64,000 nucleotides of DNA from positions 800,001-864,000 of the forward strand of contig CAWAGQ010000004.1 of assembly GCA_963781585.1 (NCBI GenBank), given 5' to 3'. The position numbers and the translations under genes were made by a program. Each line of letters opens with the position of its first letter. Position 1 is the stretch's first letter. The notes beneath the pieces are model-generated. The model made no database searches. It saw only the letters and a list, made by a program, of their open reading frames with translations, and was not told the DNA's origin. This DNA is from an uncultured Gemmatimonadaceae bacterium (GTDB taxonomy: Bacteria; Gemmatimonadota; Gemmatimonadetes; Gemmatimonadales; Gemmatimonadaceae). Positions 39,336 through 49,272 of this stretch are shown here, one piece after another.

Positions 39336-40040
39336 TCAAATCGCCGCGTACAGGAGCACTCCGCACGCCTCGCACACTTCGATCGCTCCCGTATTCGCCA
39401 TCATCTTCCGACGCTGCACAGGAATTGCCGTGTCGCAGGAGCTGCACGCGAGGCCGCTTACCGCGAACACCGCCTGCGCGTGTCGGCGGTTTCGGATGCG
39501 CTCGTATTTCGGAAGGACGTCCGCCGGCACGCCGGCAACGAGATCTCGCCGCCTGGCCTGCGCGACTGCGAGCTCCTCCTCGAGCTGGGCGCGCTCCGCC
39601 ACAATCGTCGACCGCGCGTTCGACTGCTCCTGCTCGAGTTCCTCCAAGCCCTTCTCCTGTCGCCGAATTGCCCCGTGTCCGTCGGCGATCCTGGCAACCA
39701 GTCCCTTGAGATCGTTCTCCTCGTCAAGCAGCACCTTCCGACCGGCCTCGACCTGCGCCATGGCCGCCGTTGCCTCGCGCATCCGCTTCACTGCATCCAG
39801 ATGCGCCAGGTTGCGCTCGTGCCGTTGCCGATGGTCGGAGATGCGTCCCTCGAGCTCTCGTTGTCGATGCTCGTCGGCCTCCACCAGCACCCGGGATTCG
39901 GCAAGGAGTCGGGCCGCATTTTCGCGCGCCGCGTCGAGGGCCGCGAGTCGCGGGGCGAGAGCGTCCACCCGCGCGATAAGTCCGTCCACGACGTCATCCT
40001 GGTCCTGCAACGCCAACAACGAATCGAGCACAGTCGTCAC
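39336..40040 (-). CDS. Coiled-coil protein with C4 zinc ribbon (DUF164/zf-RING_7 type)
   Basis: LLALQDQD start, long coiled coil, YERIR, CSSC...CEAC; GGAGGAG RBS before GTG. Confidence 0.88.
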   Translation of the reverse strand: MTTVLDSLLALQDQDDVVDGLIARVDALAPRLAALDAARENAARLLAESRVLVEADEHRQRELEGRISDHRQRHERNLAHLDAVKRMREATAAMAQVEAGRKVLLDEENDLKGLVARIADGHGAIRRQEKGLEELEQEQSNARSTIVAERAQLEEELAVAQARRRDLVAGVPADVLPKYERIRNRRHAQAVFAVSGLACSSCDTAIPVQRRKMMANTGAIEVCEACGVLLYAAI

Positions 40041-40069
40041 CGCTCCTCCAACACGTGAGGCATCAGGAT

Positions 40070-41890
40070 TCAAGTGGTTGCAACACTTTCAGTAAGGCGC
40101 CTGATCTCATCTGAATTCGCCTGCTTCTCCGCCACCAGCGTGTTCTTCTCATCCGCTCTGGCTGCTCCCAGCAAACGCTGGATCTCCGCGTTCCGCTCCC
40201 GCAACGCCCGCAATTCGAGCCCTGCGAGGCAGTCGTGCACCACTTTTTCGGTGTTCCGCACGGCCTCCGGCTCGGCGAGCAACGCGTCCACTACTTGAGT
40301 GGACTCCGGCGAAAGTGCCCCGGCCACTTCCTCGTTGGTTGCTTCCGGGCCCAGTTGCGAAAGTACCTCGAAGATCTCCCGATATCGCGCGTCACGGAAC
40401 TGGTCCGGCCCGATTCGTTCTCCGATCTGCTCGACGGTCGAGCGCCGCGACAGCATCACGCGCACCAGCTCCCGCTCGGCCGATGTATGCGCCAGCACTC
40501 CGCCGCCCAACGTCGGGCCTCCCAAATGACCGCGGACCGAGACCGAGCGCCGTGCAGGAGGCAAGCCCATCGGTTCCGCCGCGCGCGGCGATTCACGACG
40601 CGCCCGCCCGCGCCCATCGGCTGCCTCCTTGCCGAGCACCGCGCGATCGACGCCCGACGCCTCGGCCGCGCGCCCCAGGTAGAGGTCACGTGTCACCTCA
40701 TCCTCAGTGGCCCGGATGGTAGGCAGAAGCAGGTCGATTGCCCGACGCCGCCGGTGCAGATCGGCAAACCATCCGCTGCGCTGGAGGAGTTGGATCTTGC
40801 GCTCGAAAACATCCATCGACTGCGAGATCTGGCGCTCGAGTGCCTCCGACCCGTGGGTGCGCACGAAGGTGTCCGGGTCTTCGCCTTCAGGGAGCGAGAC
40901 CACGCGAACGGAAGCGCCACTGCGAAGCAGCGCGTCTCCCGCGCGGAACGTCGCCTTCAGGCCGGCGCGATCGCTGTCGTAGAGGAGAAAGACGTTCTTC
41001 GACTGCCGCGCGATCAGGTCCGCCTGCTCGGGCGTCAACGCCGTCCCGAGCGGCGCGACCACTTCCTCGATCCCCGCGGCCGCCAGACGGACGAGATCGA
41101 AATATCCCTCCACCAACAGCACGCGTTCGGCGCGCCGAATCGCGTTCCGCGCCCAGCTCAGGCCATAGAGGAGCTTGCCCTTGGTGAAGGCGACCGTCTC
41201 CGCGGAGTTCAGATACTTCGGCTCCCCCGGTCCGAGGATGCGACCGCCGAATCCGGCCACCCGGCCCGCCGCATCGTAGATGGGGAAAATCAGTCTCCCG
41301 CGAAAGCGCGGCCGGGGTTCGTCAATGTCCTCACGTTTCGTCAGTACGCCCGCTTCCATCTGTCGCTCGTCGCTGAAGCCCAGCGCAGTCAGGTGTCCGC
41401 GAAGGAGCCCGATCTCCCTTGGCGCGAACCCCAGGCCGAACCGTTCCGCAACGGCACGTGACACATCGCGCTGCGCGAGATACTCGCGGGCCGGCGTGCC
41501 CGCCTGATCGTCCCAGAGCGAGCGCGCGAAGAAGGCCTGTGCCGCGGCGTTGACCTCCCAGAGCGGCTCGCGCGGATCGGGCCCATCCCGCCGGACGTTG
41601 ACTTCACGCAAGTCGATCCCGGACTTCGACGCGGCCATCCGAACCGCATCCGGCCAATCCAGGCCCAGTCGCTTCTGCAGAAAGGTGAAGACGTCTCCGC
41701 CCTCGCCGCACACAAAGCAGTGGTAGATCCTGCGGCGCGCCGAGACCGAGAAGTTCCGGTGCGTCCCCTGATGAAAGGGGCACGCTCCGCGGAAGTCGGT
41801 TCCCACGCGTCGCAACGTGACGAACTCCCCGATGATCGCCACGATGTCGGCCGCGTCGCGCACACGCTCGACTTCGTCGTCGGGAATCAC
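40070..41890 (-). CDS. dnaG: DNA primase
   Basis: CPFH zinc finger, FGGR, KYLNS, VEGYFD and YDSDRAG Toprim motifs. Confidence 0.97.
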   Translation of the reverse strand: MIPDDEVERVRDAADIVAIIGEFVTLRRVGTDFRGACPFHQGTHRNFSVSARRRIYHCFVCGEGGDVFTFLQKRLGLDWPDAVRMAASKSGIDLREVNVRRDGPDPREPLWEVNAAAQAFFARSLWDDQAGTPAREYLAQRDVSRAVAERFGLGFAPREIGLLRGHLTALGFSDERQMEAGVLTKREDIDEPRPRFRGRLIFPIYDAAGRVAGFGGRILGPGEPKYLNSAETVAFTKGKLLYGLSWARNAIRRAERVLLVEGYFDLVRLAAAGIEEVVAPLGTALTPEQADLIARQSKNVFLLYDSDRAGLKATFRAGDALLRSGASVRVVSLPEGEDPDTFVRTHGSEALERQISQSMDVFERKIQLLQRSGWFADLHRRRRAIDLLLPTIRATEDEVTRDLYLGRAAEASGVDRAVLGKEAADGRGRARRESPRAAEPMGLPPARRSVSVRGHLGGPTLGGGVLAHTSAERELVRVMLSRRSTVEQIGERIGPDQFRDARYREIFEVLSQLGPEATNEEVAGALSPESTQVVDALLAEPEAVRNTEKVVHDCLAGLELRALRERNAEIQRLLGAARADEKNTLVAEKQANSDEIRRLTESVATT

Positions 41891-44275
41891 AGATCCGCTA
41901 CCGTCACGCCGGCTCCACCTTCATTCCAGGCCCCGAGTCGAAAACTACGAACGCGCGTGTCCTTGCGGAGCAGTTCGGCCACGCGCTCGCGGAGGGCACC
42001 GGTGCCCTTGCCGTGAATGATGCGCAACGAGGGAAGGTCTGCGCGAATCGCGGCGTCGAGGGCCTGCAGCACCACCTCATCCAGCTCCGCCGCCCTCATG
42101 CCCCGCACGTCAATCTCGGTGACGGCATGCGCATCGGGGAGGTCGTGCCACGACCCGGTTGTGGTGACGCGCCCGGAATCCGGAGCGGCGGCTCGCGTCA
42201 GGTCCGGGCGCCCGAACGACATCTTCACGTCACCGACGGCCACGACGTAGGAGTCGTCGCGCACCTCCACCACGCGTCCCTGACGACCGCCGAGCGGGGC
42301 GACGTGCACCAGGTCTCCGGGCAGCGGATCACCGGGAATCGCGGTGCTCGGGGGGCCGGCGCCCGTCGCGTCGTCGAGGCTCCGCAGTGCGGCGCGCTCC
42401 GCCTCAGCGAGCTGCTCCACGTGCTGGCGCGCCGCGCGCGCCGCGTCGTCCAGGCCGGCTTGCTCCACCGCCCTTCCCTTGAGCTCACGGATGGTGCGCT
42501 CCACCTCGCTGCGCGCGTCCAGCAGGAAGCGTCGCGCCTCCTGTCGGCTCTCCCGCTCGATGGCGCGTTCACGCTCCCGCACCCGGGACTCGCGGCCGGC
42601 GATGCGATGTGCCCGCTCCTGGGTGCTCGCGAGCGCCTCGCGCGCTTCCGCTTCGCGCGCAGCGAGCGCTTCTTCGCGCTGCTCGAGTCGAGGCCAACAG
42701 CGCGTTCACGTCGCGCTCCAGCTGCGGCACGCGCTCTTCGGCGCGATCCAGTACGGTCTCGGGAAGGCCGAGGCGCCGGGCGATGCTGATGCCGTAGGAG
42801 CGTCCGGGAATACCCTTGATGAGGAAGAACGTGGGCGCCAACGCCTCGGAGTCGAACTGCAGCGAGGCGTTGACGATACCTGGTACCTCGGAAGCCAGTT
42901 CCTTCAGAGCTCCGAGGTGGGTGGTTGCCACCGTCATGGCGCCACGCCCGGTCAGCGCCTCGAGGACCGCGCCACCCAGCGCCGCCCCCTCCATGGGGTC
43001 CGTTCCCGAGCCGAGTTCGTCGAGCAACACCAACGACCGATCGGTGGCAGATCGCAGAATCTCCCCGATGTTCCGCATATGGGCGCTGAAGGTGGAGAGA
43101 CTCGCTTCGATCGATTGCTCATCCCCCACGTCCGCGAACACATCATCGTATGCAACGATCACGCTTCCCGCATCCACCGGCACCGGAAGCCCCGCCTGCG
43201 ACATCAGTGAGAGCAGCCCGAGCGTCTTGAGGAGGACCGTCTTGCCGCCGGTGTTCGGTCCGGACACCAGAAGCGTCCGCTCGCCGGCTGTCATCTCCAG
43301 GTTGAAGGGAACGACATCCACACCCTGGTCGACGAGCAGCGGGTGTCTCGCTCCGGTGATGCGAAACCCGTGACCCGGGGCCGCGCGCTGCGCTGAGCCA
43401 CAGCGGAAGTCGCGCGCGAAGCGGGCGCGGGCATAGAGTGAATCCAGCTCCGCCAGCGCGTCCGCGGCGGCGGCGAGGCCGGACCGAAGAGGGCGCACCC
43501 GCTCGGTCAGTTCGCTCAGGAGCCGGTCCACTTCGCGTGCCTCGTCGGCCTCGAGCTCCCGGATGGCGTTGCACGCTTCGATCGCCGCCGGAGGTTCGAC
43601 GAACAACGTGGCGCCTGACGAGGACGTGTCGTGAACCAGTCCGCCGACGGTCGCCTTGCCCTCGCGACGGATCGGAATCACATAGCGGCCGTTACGCACC
43701 GTGACCGAGCCGTCGGCTACCCGGTATCGCGCATCGAGCTGCTGGACGATCCGCTCCAGCAGCGCGATCAGGTTGCCCTCGGCGCCGCGCAGCTCGCGCC
43801 GCACGCGTCGCAGTACGGGTGACGCGCCGTCCTGTACCGATCCGTCGTCGCCAACCACGCGCTCGATCGCGGCTTCGGCGCCCGTGTCGGCGACCAGCAC
43901 GGCGCGGTACGGCGCCAGCACCGCCAGGGCCACCGACGGCGCCTTGTCCGAGGACAGAGCCGCTCTCGTGAGGCGCGACGAGCGAAGCAGCGTGAGGACC
44001 TTCAGCAGGTCCGGCGCGCCAAGCGACGCCCCGGTCGGGCGCAACCGCGCCAGCTGGGTCGTCAGCTCGGGAATCGGATGCGCGTCCCAGCCGACGTCCG
44101 ATTCCACCAGCGCCCGCATCGCGGCCACGCAGGCGTGAGCCGCCTCCACCGCGGCGATATCATGCGAGGGGGCGAGGGCCCGTACGCGCGCACCGCCGGC
44201 GTCGCTCGATGCCCGCGACGCCACCAGTTCGAGCACACGGGGAAATTCGAGAACCCCCAGCGCGTGTGCGTTCAT
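41887..44275 (-). pseudogene. mutS2: Endonuclease MutS2, interrupted by a +1 frameshift near 42688-42691 (or a sequencing error)
   Basis: GPNTGGKT, SLSTFS and LLDELGSGTDP lie in one frame; coiled coil, KOW and Smr (IHGKGTGALR) lie in another. Removing one base gives NALLA-x-LEQREEALAARE. Confidence 0.85.
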
Positions 44276-44285
44276 GCGGCCCACG

Positions 44286-44729
44286 TCACGCGCGCCTGGA
44301 CAACTCCTCGCGCGCGATGCTGTTGATCCTCGCTCCCTCGGCGCGGCCTCGCAGCTTCGGCACGAGCTGACCCATCACGGCACCGAGGGTCGCCGCCCCC
44401 GACCCGATGGCCTCGGCCACCGCCGCACGGATCTCGTCATCGGTCGCCTGCGCCGGAAGATAGTGTTCGAGCATGGTCGCCTCGGCGCGCTCCTTGTCCG
44501 CCAGGTCGGTGCGCCCGGCACGCTCGAAGGCCTCGAGTGCCTCACGACGCTTCTTGAGCGCTCGCCGCAGTACCTCCGCGGTCTCGTCATCCGACGGGTC
44601 GCGCCCGAGCTCAATCGCGCGATTCATGACGTCCGCGATCACCGTCCCGAGCAACAGCGTGCGAGGCTTGTCCTGCGCCTTGCGCGACACCGTGAGATCG
44701 CCTCGCAGGCGCGCCTCCAGCTCGGCCAT
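44286..44729 (-). CDS. GatB/YqeY domain protein
   Basis: KKRREA..F..AGR.DLA.KE, YLP and GAVMG motifs; follows rpsU. Confidence 0.92.
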   Translation of the reverse strand: MAELEARLRGDLTVSRKAQDKPRTLLLGTVIADVMNRAIELGRDPSDDETAEVLRRALKKRREALEAFERAGRTDLADKERAEATMLEHYLPAQATDDEIRAAVAEAIGSGAATLGAVMGQLVPKLRGRAEGARINSIAREELSRRA

Positions 44730-44737
44730 GGGGGTCG

Positions 44738-44926
44738 TCAGACCTGACGCGTTCGCCGACCCTTGCGCCGGGCGGCGTTCATCTTGCGCTTGCGACGCTC
44801 GGACGGCTTCTCGTAATGCCGGTGCTTCCGTAGATCGGACAGGATGCCTGCTTTCTCGCACTTCTTCTTGAACCGTTTCAGCGCGCGCTCAAAACTTTCG
44901 TCGTCATGAATGATGACTTCCGACAA
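44738..44926 (-). CDS. rpsU: 30S ribosomal protein S21 (TTG start)
   Basis: [18 protein letters not shown]...[18 protein letters not shown]. Confidence 0.96.
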   Translation of the reverse strand: MSEVIIHDDESFERALKRFKKKCEKAGILSDLRKHRHYEKPSERRKRKMNAARRKGRRTRQV

Positions 44927-44973
44927 GCGCTGTAGCCTCCGTGCGGGAGAATCCGGGGTGCGATAAGTTCGGA

Positions 44974-45003
44974 AAAATAGGGCACTTCCGGAAACGACGT
45001 CAA
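44974..45003 (-). promoter_or_regulatory. Promoter of rpsU operon
   Basis: TTGACG-N18-TATTTT. Confidence 0.55.
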
Positions 45004-45014
45004 TGGTGGGAAGA

Positions 45015-45049
45015 GGCCATAGGCCAGAGGCCACGGGCCATAGGTCATT
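45015..45049. repeat. Heptamer tandem array (GGCCAYR, 5 units)
   Basis: ggccata ggccaga ggccacg ggccata ggtcatt. Confidence 0.75.
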
Positions 45050-45169
45050 GGGGTGCGGCCGACGACAGACCAGACTCCGGCACCATGTTCCAGCGAGACC
45101 AACTTCCGCCATCACTCTCCACCGCGGCGTTCGATCGAGCAGAGCCGCGCGAGACCGCGCCACCGTGGC

Positions 45170-45511
45170 CTAACCCGGCGGCCAGTGAAACGACCGTCCG
45201 CCGAGCAGATGCGCGTGGATGTGAAACACCGTCTGACCGGCACCGCGGTTGGTATTCACCACGGTGCGATACCCGTCCTTGACCAGGCCCTCCTGACGGG
45301 CGATGTCGGCTGCCATCAGCATCATCTCCCCGATCAGCCCGGGATCCCGGGCGTCATCAAGCGTCGCCACGTGTTCGCGTGGCACGATCAGCACATGGGT
45401 CGGGGCTTGCGGATTGATGTCCCGAAACGCGATGCAACGCGCATTGGTCGCGACCATCTGGGCCGGGATCTCTCCCGCCACGATCCGGCAGAACAGACAG
45501 TCAGCTGGCAT
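45170..45511 (-). CDS. Histidine triad (HIT) nucleotide-binding protein
   Basis: CLFCRI, FRDINPQAP, GQTVFHIHAH and WPPG motifs. Confidence 0.95.
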   Translation of the reverse strand: MPADCLFCRIVAGEIPAQMVATNARCIAFRDINPQAPTHVLIVPREHVATLDDARDPGLIGEMMLMAADIARQEGLVKDGYRTVVNTNRGAGQTVFHIHAHLLGGRSFHWPPG

Positions 45512-46259
45512 GGGATCCCCCCGATGGAAGGAGAAGCGAAGCGTGCACAATGGCGAGGGCCGAGATGGCCGCGGTCTCGAAGCGAAGAATAGTGGCGCCG
45601 AGCGTCGCGGGCATGAACCCCGCTGCTGTCAGCGCCGCCCGCTCGGTCTTCTCGATTCCTCCCTCCGGGCCGATCGCCAGCGTCAACGGCGCGCGAATGG
45701 CGAGCCCCAACAGTGGTGGCCCCGTTCGGTCCAGGAGGATACGCGATCCGCCGGGCACTGCCGCCAGCGCGCGGTCCAGCGGAGCCTCGGGATACATCGC
45801 GGGAAGGCGCGCCCCGGTACTCTGCTCGAGCGCCGCGATCATCCGGGCGCGCACGCGTGCCGCAAAGGTCGGCCCCTCGCCGCGTGGTTTCACGCTGCGC
45901 GACCGGCGCCACACGATCGGTCGCCAGGTCGCCGCGCCGAGCTCGGTACACTTTTCCGCCAGCCACAGCATCCGGTCGCGCTCGGCCACCGGCACGAGAA
46001 GGTGGACTTCGGGCGGGACCGGCAGCGCCTCGATTGCGGCCACTTCGAGGGTCACGGTATCGCGAACCAGACGGAGCAGCGTGGCCGCGGCGCGGTGGCC
46101 CGCGCCATCCACCAGACGCACCGCCGAGCCGGGCCCGAGTCGCAACACCCGGGCGTGACGCGCAACGCCTTCCCCTAACGAGAGAGTGCTCCCGGCCGAC
46201 AGCGGCTCTTCGCCGGCGTAGAACGTGGCTATCGCGGTGCGATCGTCGCGCTCCACCAT
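45501..46259 (-). CDS. rsmE: 16S rRNA m3U1498 methyltransferase
   Basis: H.RVLRL, EKCTELG, IGPEGG and LG.TILRFETA motifs. Confidence 0.94.
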   Translation of the reverse strand: MVERDDRTAIATFYAGEEPLSAGSTLSLGEGVARHARVLRLGPGSAVRLVDGAGHRAAATLLRLVRDTVTLEVAAIEALPVPPEVHLLVPVAERDRMLWLAEKCTELGAATWRPIVWRRSRSVKPRGEGPTFAARVRARMIAALEQSTGARLPAMYPEAPLDRALAAVPGGSRILLDRTGPPLLGLAIRAPLTLAIGPEGGIEKTERAALTAAGFMPATLGATILRFETAAISALAIVHASLLLPSGGSHAS

Positions 46260-47050
46260 TCTTCCTCGACGTCTTCGCGTTGCACCTCCCAGCCCCCCGT
46301 CTGCAGGAGGCCGAGCATGCCCGCTCGCTCACTCTCGAGGATGCCGGCGATGATCCCGCGGCCGCCGGGCCGGAGCGAAGCACGCATGACCGGCAGCAGG
46401 TCGGCGACGACGCGCGCATTGATGTTGGCGACCACCAGGTTCACGGGACCGAGCAGCGGCAGCAGCACGCGGGCGTCCCCCTCGAACAGGAGCACCGCCG
46501 CCGCGGCGTCGTTGCGGGCGATGTTTTCGGCGGCGTTGCCGAGCGCGTCGGGGTCATCGTCGATCGCGTAGACGCGCTCCGCTCCCAGCCTCGCGGCGGC
46601 GATGGCCAGGACACCGCTCCCGGTCCCCAGATCGGCCACCCGCGGTGTCCGGCGCATGGTGCCCGGCAGAAGCCGCAGCGCGCCGCGCGTGCTGGCATGA
46701 TCGCCGGTGCCGAAGGCCATGCCCGGATCGATGACCACCAGCGACTCGGGACGCAGGCCGTCCGCCAGCCAGGGTGGCGCAACCGTCAGGCTGCCTAACG
46801 AGAACGCGCGCATTTCGCGGCGCCAGGCGACGGTCCAGTCCTGGTCGGCGACCGGCTTCACCTCGGCATGAGCAGCGGGATCGGCCATCAGCGCGTCGCC
46901 CGCGGCGCCACGGGCAACGTCCTCCGACCGAAAGTATGTGAGCAGCGATGCACCGTCTTCCTGCACGCCGGACGCTCCGGCCGCGAACAGTGCCGTCACA
47001 ACCGCGTCGCGCCGACCACCCGGATCGACGCGGAGCGCGAACCAGCTCAC
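46229..47050 (-). CDS. prmA: Ribosomal protein L11 methyltransferase
   Basis: IDPGMAFGTGDH, DLGTGSGVLAI and VANI motifs. Confidence 0.94.
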   Translation of the reverse strand: MSWFALRVDPGGRRDAVVTALFAAGASGVQEDGASLLTYFRSEDVARGAAGDALMADPAAHAEVKPVADQDWTVAWRREMRAFSLGSLTVAPPWLADGLRPESLVVIDPGMAFGTGDHASTRGALRLLPGTMRRTPRVADLGTGSGVLAIAAARLGAERVYAIDDDPDALGNAAENIARNDAAAAVLLFEGDARVLLPLLGPVNLVVANINARVVADLLPVMRASLRPGGRGIIAGILESERAGMLGLLQTGGWEVQREDVEEEWWSATIAPR

Positions 47051-48189
47051 GCGCCGAGCGCTTCGCGCATCTTCGCCCAGAAACTCTTGGCGCGGGACTG
47101 CTGCGGTGGCGCCGCGGTCAGCTCACCCAACCGCTGTACCACCTCGAGCTCCTCGGCCGACATCGTGTCGCGCGCCGGCGTCCACTGCTGCACACTCACG
47201 CGCAGATCGCCCGATCCGCTGCTGTTCACGCGCGGCAAGCCGCGCCCGCGCAGGTGCAGAATCTGTCCGCTCTGGGTCCCGGGCGGCAGCCGCACGCTCA
47301 TCGTCCCGGTCACCGTCGGGACTTCGATGTCCGCCCCCAGTACCAGCTGCGGATACGAGACGAGCACTTCGCAATACAAATCCTCGCCGTCACGCTCGAA
47401 GCGCGGGTCTTCCTGCACCTCGAACACGATCAGGATGTCCCCCCGCGGCCCGCCGCGCGGTCCGGCATTTCCCATTCCGCGCAATGTCATGTACTGCCCC
47501 GTTGCCACGCCGGCCGGAATCTGCACCGGAATGGTGTGTTCGCCGCGCACACGCCCCTCTCCGCGGCACTTCTTGCACGCCGACGTGATGATCACGCCCT
47601 CGCCCGAGCACGTCGGGCACGGCATGACGCTCACGAACTGGCCGAAGAACGACCGCTGCGCGCGACGTACCTCCCCTGTTCCGCCACAGGTCCGACATTG
47701 CTGCGGCTTGCTCCCGGGTTCGGCTCCGCCACCGCCGCACTTGTCGCACGGGTCAAGCAGCTTGACGGTGAAAGTCTTCTCGACGCCGCTCGCCACCTCG
47801 GCCAGGGTCAGCTCCACGCTCAGCTTCACGTCCTGGCCCGCACGCGGCCCCGTGGACCGCGATGCCGCGCCGAACAGGTCACCGAGGCCGGCGAAGCCGC
47901 CGAAATCGCGCATGAAGATGTTGAGCGCCTCGCTCAGATCCACGTGGTGGAATCCGGCTCCAGCACCGCCGCGCAGTCCCGCCTCTCCGTAGCGATCGTA
48001 CATCGCCCGCTTCTGCGGATCGCGGAGTGCGTCGTATGCCTCCGTCGCCGCCTTGAAACGCTCCTCGGCATCCTTCGAACCGTTGTGTCGATCCGGATGC
48101 CACTGCATCGCCGCCTTGCGATACGCCTTCTTGATGTCGTCCTCCGACGCCGTGCGCGGCACGCCGAGGACTTCGTAGAAATCAGCCAT
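47047..48189 (-). CDS. dnaJ: Chaperone DnaJ
   Basis: HPD J-domain, G/F region and four CxxCxGxG repeats. Confidence 0.97.
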   Translation of the reverse strand: MADFYEVLGVPRTASEDDIKKAYRKAAMQWHPDRHNGSKDAEERFKAATEAYDALRDPQKRAMYDRYGEAGLRGGAGAGFHHVDLSEALNIFMRDFGGFAGLGDLFGAASRSTGPRAGQDVKLSVELTLAEVASGVEKTFTVKLLDPCDKCGGGGAEPGSKPQQCRTCGGTGEVRRAQRSFFGQFVSVMPCPTCSGEGVIITSACKKCRGEGRVRGEHTIPVQIPAGVATGQYMTLRGMGNAGPRGGPRGDILIVFEVQEDPRFERDGEDLYCEVLVSYPQLVLGADIEVPTVTGTMSVRLPPGTQSGQILHLRGRGLPRVNSSGSGDLRVSVQQWTPARDTMSAEELEVVQRLGELTAAPPQQSRAKSFWAKMREALGA

Positions 48190-48203
48190 GGTGGATTTGC
48201 GGA

Positions 48204-49235
48204 TCAGTGCAGAAAGTCGGTAACGAGCTGCGAAGTGTGCCGGACCAGCGCAATCACCTTTTCGTACGGCATCCGGGTGGGACCGATGACACCGATGACC
48301 CCGGACAACGCTCCCGTACGATACTCGCTGGTCACCACCGTGAGATGCTCCAGCCGCGGATCCGTGTTCTCGGCCCCGATCGTGATCGTCACGCCCGGGG
48401 CCGCGCTGCGGCGCCGCAGCAGTTCCGCGAGATGTTCCCGCGTGTCCGTGAGCGCGAGCAATTTGCGCAGATTCTCACCACTCGTGAATTCCGGCTGCTC
48501 GGCCAGCACCGACGCCTGACCGAGCATCAGGTCGTCATCGCGGAGTTCGAACAGCGCCTCCCCTTCCTCCAGGAATACGTTGAGCAGCTCTCGCGCTTCC
48601 GGCTGCGTGTTCGAATCGCGCAGGCGGGGGCCCAGTGAGACGCGCACCTCCCGCAGCGACAGCCCGGCCAGGCGCTCGTTGAGCACCACGGTGACCTCGG
48701 CCAGAGCACTCTCGGCGATCTGGCCCGGTACCTCGACGAAGATCGTCCGCACGGCGCCCCCCTCCAGCGTCAGCACCAGCAGGAGCCGCTCGTTGGAAAT
48801 CCGGACAAGTTCCAGGCGCCGCAGAACCGCACGATCCAGCCGCGGTCCGATTGCCACCCCCAGCTCCTGCGCAACCACGGACAGACTCTGCGCGGCCCGT
48901 CGCAGGATGGCCTCGATTGCAGAACCGCCCAGTGAAATCTCTTCAGCCAGCCGCCCGGCCTCCGCTGCCGAGAGCCGGGCCGGGCCAATCAGCGAGTCGA
49001 CGTACAGGCGGTAGGCGATGTCGGTCGGCACGCGCCCGGCCGACGTGTGGGGATGATAGAGGAACCCCTTCTCCTCGAGGTCGCTCATGGTATTGCGAAT
49101 GGTCGCCGGCGACACCCCCAGGCCGAACTTCTTGGAGATCGTTCGCGAGCCAGCCGGCTCCGCCGTCTCGACGTAGCTCTGAATGACGGCCTCGAGCACC
49201 TTGCGCTCGCGTTCGTTCAGCTCTGGGATTGCCAT
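48204..49235 (-). CDS. hrcA: Heat-inducible transcription repressor HrcA
   Basis: SPATIRNTM, PHTSAGRVPT and GVIGPTRMPY motifs. Confidence 0.96.
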   Translation of the reverse strand: MAIPELNERERKVLEAVIQSYVETAEPAGSRTISKKFGLGVSPATIRNTMSDLEEKGFLYHPHTSAGRVPTDIAYRLYVDSLIGPARLSAAEAGRLAEEISLGGSAIEAILRRAAQSLSVVAQELGVAIGPRLDRAVLRRLELVRISNERLLLVLTLEGGAVRTIFVEVPGQIAESALAEVTVVLNERLAGLSLREVRVSLGPRLRDSNTQPEARELLNVFLEEGEALFELRDDDLMLGQASVLAEQPEFTSGENLRKLLALTDTREHLAELLRRRSAAPGVTITIGAENTDPRLEHLTVVTSEYRTGALSGVIGVIGPTRMPYEKVIALVRHTSQLVTDFLH

Positions 49236-49242
49236 AAGTTCA

Positions 49243-49272
49243 AATATACTAACGACTTCTGAGATTGGTCAA
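49243..49272 (-). promoter_or_regulatory. hrcA promoter within the hemW 3' end (probably leaderless)
   Basis: TTGACC-N18-TATATT, 7 nt before the ATG; no SD sequence. Confidence 0.6.
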
